From Methanolobus sp. (lineage in GTDB: Archaea; Halobacteriota; Methanosarcinia; Methanosarcinales; Methanosarcinaceae): 64,000 nucleotides of DNA. The stretch is taken from contig JAWKHE010000003.1 in NCBI GenBank assembly GCA_041395005.1, forward strand, positions 104,727 through 168,726, in the 5' to 3' direction. Below the pieces are notes generated by a model that was given only the letters and a program-made list of their open reading frames with translations, was not told the DNA's origin and ran no database searches. Both the position numbers and the translations under genes were made by a program. Shown one piece after another: positions 60,119 through 64,000 of this stretch (position 1 is its first letter; every line of letters begins with the position of its first letter).

Positions 60119-61348
60119 ATGCAAGTCATTACTATTCCTGTTGGCGAATTGAAACCTTTTGCCGACAACCCGAAACGACATCCTGAGAATCAGATGTCAG
60201 CACTTAAAAAGTCACTTTCCGAGTTCGGATGGACGAACCCTATCCTCATCACAGCCGATAAGATGGTCGTAGCAGGCCACGCAAGGCTTCAGGCTGCCCT
60301 TGAGCTGGGCTTTACCGAGGTTCCCGTAATAACCCTCGACCTTCCATACGAGAAGGCTGTGGCCTACGTCATCGCCGATAACAGGCTGGCCGAGCTGGCA
60401 GAGACAGATACTGAGACCTTGGCAAAGCTGCTGCAGGAGATTGCGGAGATCCCTGACTTTGACTTCGAGGCTATTGGTTACACGCTGGACGATGTGGACG
60501 GTCTGCTTGAGTCGATAACACCTATTGAGGTCACGGAGGACGAAACCCCGGAGGTCCCGGAGGAGGCTGTGACGGTTCCAGGGGATATCTGGGAGCTGGG
60601 TAACCACCGCTTGATCTGTGGAGACAGCACCGACCCGGACCAGGTGGCAAAGCTTCTGGGAGAGGACAAAGCCGATATGGTATTCACGGACCCGCCATGG
60701 AATGTGAACTACGGCGCAACGAAGCATCCTTCCTGGAAACAGAGAAGTATCCTCAATGATGCAATGGAAACAGAGGACTTCAAAAAGTTCATGATGGCAA
60801 GTTTCAGCTGTATGAACCAGTTCTCAAAGGACGGATGTCCGACCTATGTAGTGATGTCGGCCCAGGAATGGGGGAACATGATGCTTTCCCTCAAGGAAAA
60901 TAACTATCACTGGAGCAGCACGATCATCTGGGCCAAGGACAGGCTTGTCCTCTCCAGGAAGGATTATCACACCCAGTACGAGCCTATCTGGTATGGCTGG
61001 AAGGACGGTGCTCCAAGGTTGTGCCAGGTGGAGGATCGGAAACAGTCCGACCTCTGGGAATTCGAAAGACCCTCTGCCTCTGAGCTTCATCCGACCACAA
61101 AGCCGGTGGCCCTTGTTGCAAATGCCATCAGTAACTCGTCCCGGCAGAAAGGGCTTGTGCTGGACCTGTTCGGTGGCTCTGGTACGACCCTTGCCGCATC
61201 CCACCAGCTCAATCGCGTATGCTACACCAGTGAACTAGACCCCCGATATGCCGATGTCATAATTCAGAGATATGTCAACCTGACCGGCAACCGTGAACTG
61301 AAAAGAAATGGAGAGGACTTCACATGGGAAGAAAAAAGGGAAGCATAA
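60119..61348 (+). CDS. ParB-like N-domain + N6A/N4C DNA methyltransferase (beta class)
   Basis: FGWTNPI, AGHARL, IADNRL; FTDPPW, HPTTKP, LDLFGGSGTT. Confidence 0.93.
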   Translation: MQVITIPVGELKPFADNPKRHPENQMSALKKSLSEFGWTNPILITADKMVVAGHARLQAALELGFTEVPVITLDLPYEKAVAYVIADNRLAELAETDTETLAKLLQEIAEIPDFDFEAIGYTLDDVDGLLESITPIEVTEDETPEVPEEAVTVPGDIWELGNHRLICGDSTDPDQVAKLLGEDKADMVFTDPPWNVNYGATKHPSWKQRSILNDAMETEDFKKFMMASFSCMNQFSKDGCPTYVVMSAQEWGNMMLSLKENNYHWSSTIIWAKDRLVLSRKDYHTQYEPIWYGWKDGAPRLCQVEDRKQSDLWEFERPSASELHPTTKPVALVANAISNSSRQKGLVLDLFGGSGTTLAASHQLNRVCYTSELDPRYADVIIQRYVNLTGNRELKRNGEDFTWEEKREA

Positions 61349-61350
61349 AG

Positions 61351-61758
61351 ATGATAGACATATCCGAACCGCTGATCAAACTCCTCAAGTCCGGGGTTCC
61401 TGTTATCCATGCATGTGATGCAGTGGGGATTGCATCTGTCACCTACTACGACTGGATGAAGAAAGGTGAGACTGCAAGGTCTGGTCAGTATTTCGAGTTC
61501 TACCATGCGGTGAAGAAGGCTAGGGCAGAGGCTGTTGCCAGGAACGTTGCCATTATCCAGAAAGCAGCTGCCCATTCCTGGCAAGCTGCAGCATGGTGGC
61601 TCGAGCGCAGCTGTCCTGCAGAGTTTGCTAAGCGGGAAGTTGAGATCAATATGACCCAGAACAACGTTGAGATAAACATTGATGAAACACGAGACAAGAT
61701 CAATGGCAGAATCAATAGCATTGCTGCCAGAGTCAGAGTGGCAGAAGATTCTAAGTGA
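61351..61758 (+). CDS. Probable terminase small subunit (HTH)
   Basis: ACDAVGIASVTYYDW HTH, WQAAAWWLER; overlaps TerL. Confidence 0.7.
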   Translation: MIDISEPLIKLLKSGVPVIHACDAVGIASVTYYDWMKKGETARSGQYFEFYHAVKKARAEAVARNVAIIQKAAAHSWQAAAWWLERSCPAEFAKREVEINMTQNNVEINIDETRDKINGRINSIAARVRVAEDSK

Positions 61759-63007
61759 TCTTAGCGATGACGAGATCCAGCAGTTGGAATATGACTGGAA
61801 GTTCTGGGCCAGACCCAATCAACTCTCTCCTGCAGGTGACTGGCAGTACTGGTTGGTACTCGCGGGAAGAGGATATGGCAAGTCGCGAACGGGAGCTGAA
61901 TGGATCCGGGAAAGGGTAGAGTCCGGCAAGGCTCGAAGGATAGCACTCGTAGCCCCTACAGCTGCAGATGCCAGGGATACAATGGTGGAAGGAGAATCTG
62001 GAATATTATCAGTCTGTCCTCCATGGAACCGACCGGTCTACGAGCCATCCAAACGCAGGCTTACCTGGCCCAACGGTGCGATTGCTTTGCTTTTCAGTGC
62101 CGAGGAGCCGGACAGGTTGAGAGGTCCCCAGCACGACACTGCCTGGTGTGATGAGATTGCAGCCTGGAAGTACCCGGAAAAAACCTGGGACATGCTGCAG
62201 TTTGGCCTAAGACTTGGAGATGATCCAAGAGCTGCTATCACCACAACTCCTCGGCCTATTCCGCTTGTCAAGAACATCCTGAACGATACCAGTACCCACG
62301 TAACAAGAGGATCCACCTACGAGAATCTGTCCAACCTGGCACCAGCTTTCATCGACGTGATCATCAGCAGATATGAAGGAACCCGGCTGGGTAGACAGGA
62401 GCTCAATGCGGAGATACTGGATGATAACCCTGATGCACTCTGGACAAGGCAGATGATAGAGGATTCAAGGGTGTCAAAGGTTCCAAATCTCCTACGCATC
62501 GTGGTTGGTGTGGATCCAGCAGTTACATCCAATGAAGCTTCAGCAGACACCGGCATAGTTGTTGCAGCTGCCGATGAGCATGGGGAATACTATGTCCTGG
62601 GGGACTACACTATCCATGCAACGCCGAAGAAGTGGGCTCAGGAGATCATTGCTGCCTACTACAAGCACTCTGCGGACAGGGTTATCGGAGAAGTGAACAA
62701 CGGAGGTGAGCTCGTGGAGTATACGCTACGGACAATCGATCCTAATGTTTCCTACAGATCAGTAAGAGCCAGCAGAGGAAAGCAGACCAGGGCCGAGCCT
62801 ATCAGTGCTCTGTACGAACAAGGAAAATGCCATCACGTGGGTTCCTTTCCGGCTCTTGAGGATCAGATGTGTGACTGGGTTCCGGGAGAAGGAAGTAGTC
62901 CTGATAGAGTGGATGCTCTTGTATGGGCGTTGTCAGAGCTTAGCAAATCAAGGTACGGACCGCAGAAACTGAACATGTCAGCACTTATCAAAACAAGACC
63001 GAGGTAA
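61679..63007 (+). CDS. terL: Terminase large subunit (start may be 61703)
   Basis: AGRGYGKS, LRGPQ..AWCDE, ITTTP, nuclease VGVDPA and SPDRVDA. Confidence 0.93.
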   Translation: MMKHETRSMAESIALLPESEWQKILSDLSDDEIQQLEYDWKFWARPNQLSPAGDWQYWLVLAGRGYGKSRTGAEWIRERVESGKARRIALVAPTAADARDTMVEGESGILSVCPPWNRPVYEPSKRRLTWPNGAIALLFSAEEPDRLRGPQHDTAWCDEIAAWKYPEKTWDMLQFGLRLGDDPRAAITTTPRPIPLVKNILNDTSTHVTRGSTYENLSNLAPAFIDVIISRYEGTRLGRQELNAEILDDNPDALWTRQMIEDSRVSKVPNLLRIVVGVDPAVTSNEASADTGIVVAAADEHGEYYVLGDYTIHATPKKWAQEIIAAYYKHSADRVIGEVNNGGELVEYTLRTIDPNVSYRSVRASRGKQTRAEPISALYEQGKCHHVGSFPALEDQMCDWVPGEGSSPDRVDALVWALSELSKSRYGPQKLNMSALIKTRPR

Positions 63008-63009
63008 TT

Positions 63010-63216
63010 ATGAGACCAAAACTCTATGCAACTGTTAGTAAGAATACGACCGCAGTACTTCACCGGGTGATGAAGGAGCAGGACTGTAACAAGAGCCAGG
63101 CAGTGGACTTTATTGCGGAGTATTATTCTAAAATGCAGAACGATCTCAGGGAGAAGCAAGTGGAAGAGACTGCAGAACTTGTGATTGAGAAGCTTAAACT
63201 GAAGAAGTTGGTGTAG
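63010..63216 (+). CDS. Small RHH-like DNA-binding protein
   Basis: RPKLYATVS..NKSQAVDFI strand-helix-helix pattern; GAGGT RBS. Confidence 0.55.
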   Translation: MRPKLYATVSKNTTAVLHRVMKEQDCNKSQAVDFIAEYYSKMQNDLREKQVEETAELVIEKLKLKKLV

Positions 63217-63345
63217 TTGCTCAAATTAGCTGCTTAGTACTCAAATATTGGAGGAACTCTGTTCAAACCTCAGTGAAGAGTAAACAGGATTGAAAGTGAC
63301 AAATCATCAAAGAGAAATGTAAAAAGAGAAAAACAGGTATTTAGG

Positions 63346-63843
63346 TCACTGGACCTTTGCCTGAATTTCCTTTGCAAATTCCTTTGCCTTCTGTACATGA
63401 GCTTCATCAGGCTGTCCCTTGCCAGGAGCCACCATAGCAGCAAAACCCCTCATCTCTGGGTCCTCGGATTTTTCGAGCATCTCCATAACAGGCTGTGCGA
63501 GTTCTCCCTGACATTCAAATGTACCAAGGTAATTCCCACTAGCAGCAAAATCCTCTATGGTGCCAGTCCATGAATGTATGGCTTCAAATCCTTCAGGAGC
63601 AGCATGGGTCATGAAAAATGCTATGTTCTTACCGGCTGCGTTCTCTGAAATAAGACTCGTAACCTTCTTTGGAATGTTAAATTCCATTACAGGAGCTCCT
63701 ACAAAGATAAGATCGTAGCCTTCAAAGTCGCTTGTATCCTTAACTTCTTTGATGTCCTTCTCGCCGGTAATCTCGTCAAAAATTGCTTCAGCTATTTTCT
63801 TTGTGTTTCCTGTCTGTGACAAATATGTTACTAATGTTTTCAT
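63346..63843 (-). CDS. Flavodoxin-family protein
   Basis: YLSQTGNTKKIAEAI, YDLIFVG, FECQG. Confidence 0.9.
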   Translation of the reverse strand: MKTLVTYLSQTGNTKKIAEAIFDEITGEKDIKEVKDTSDFEGYDLIFVGAPVMEFNIPKKVTSLISENAAGKNIAFFMTHAAPEGFEAIHSWTGTIEDFAASGNYLGTFECQGELAQPVMEMLEKSEDPEMRGFAAMVAPGKGQPDEAHVQKAKEFAKEIQAKVQ

Positions 63844-64000
63844 ATTTAATGTTCCTCCAATGGTTTCTATCATTTCTGTAAATGATTGTAATTAATAATT
63901 AGCAATTCATGATTATATATCATATCGTTATAATTATGTACTTGTATCTCCTGAGTACAGAAAAATAACCTATTCAAGTTTGTAAAATAATGTCTCCCCA

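Larger units (their letters stand above)
53720..63216 (+). mobile_element. Virus-derived module (regulation, replication, methylase, terminase); satellite-like element or partial provirus
   Basis: Co-directional overlapping genes with RecA-fold ATPase, primase, ParB-MTase, TerS and TerL; visibly more GC-rich than the flanks. Confidence 0.8.

Noticed and set aside
15454-63159. Many antisense and alternate-frame ORFs in the ORF track (e.g. 17084-17554, 54930-55538, 57476-58006, 61264-61818)
   Set aside because: They are shadows of well-supported genes and have no motifs of their own.
63216-63346. Right att site
   Set aside because: No convincing match to 37790-37860, 39541-39660 or 52400-52850; only a short CTCAAAT duplication.
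1-64000. CRISPR array, rRNA or IS transposase
   Set aside because: No regularly spaced repeats, rRNA-like sequence or transposase motifs seen by eye.

Overview
The window looks like a Methanosarcinaceae (Methanolobus-like) chromosome segment, judged from gene content. It comes from an indel-rich assembly, so many genes are split by frameshifts that are probably sequencing errors. Positions 1-37.5 kb are mostly host backbone: glycine-betaine ABC transporter, alkaline phosphatase, a tetrahydrofolate C1 cluster (purN-glyA-folD-folP-metV...metF-thiC-like-cofE-like) interrupted by an AT-rich island, a histidine kinase, tiaS, nadE, tandem KaiC-like ATPases, nob1, a DHH nuclease, stomatin/NfeD, hisH and an MCP. 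Positions ~37.8-63.2 kb form an accessory region. Its left part holds a truncated pilin-like gene, a repeat-flanked ComEC-like nuclease cassette, a degenerate tRNA-Val, a type I RM locus with DUF429 and M48 genes, and a YwgA/Panacea-like + HD dNTPase pair. Its right part is a nearly error-free virus-like module: an RHH repressor, a palindromic switch region, a structured leader with two tRNA-like mini-structures, Zn-finger ORFs, a RecA-fold ATPase, an Fe-S helicase-like/AEP primase fusion with an internal palindrome, a ParB-methyltransferase, and small and large terminases. The module ends right after terminase with no portal, capsid, tail or recognisable integrase, so it is a candidate archaeal virus satellite or a truncated provirus. 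Product calls come from motifs recognised by eye and RNA structures were paired by hand; no searches were run.
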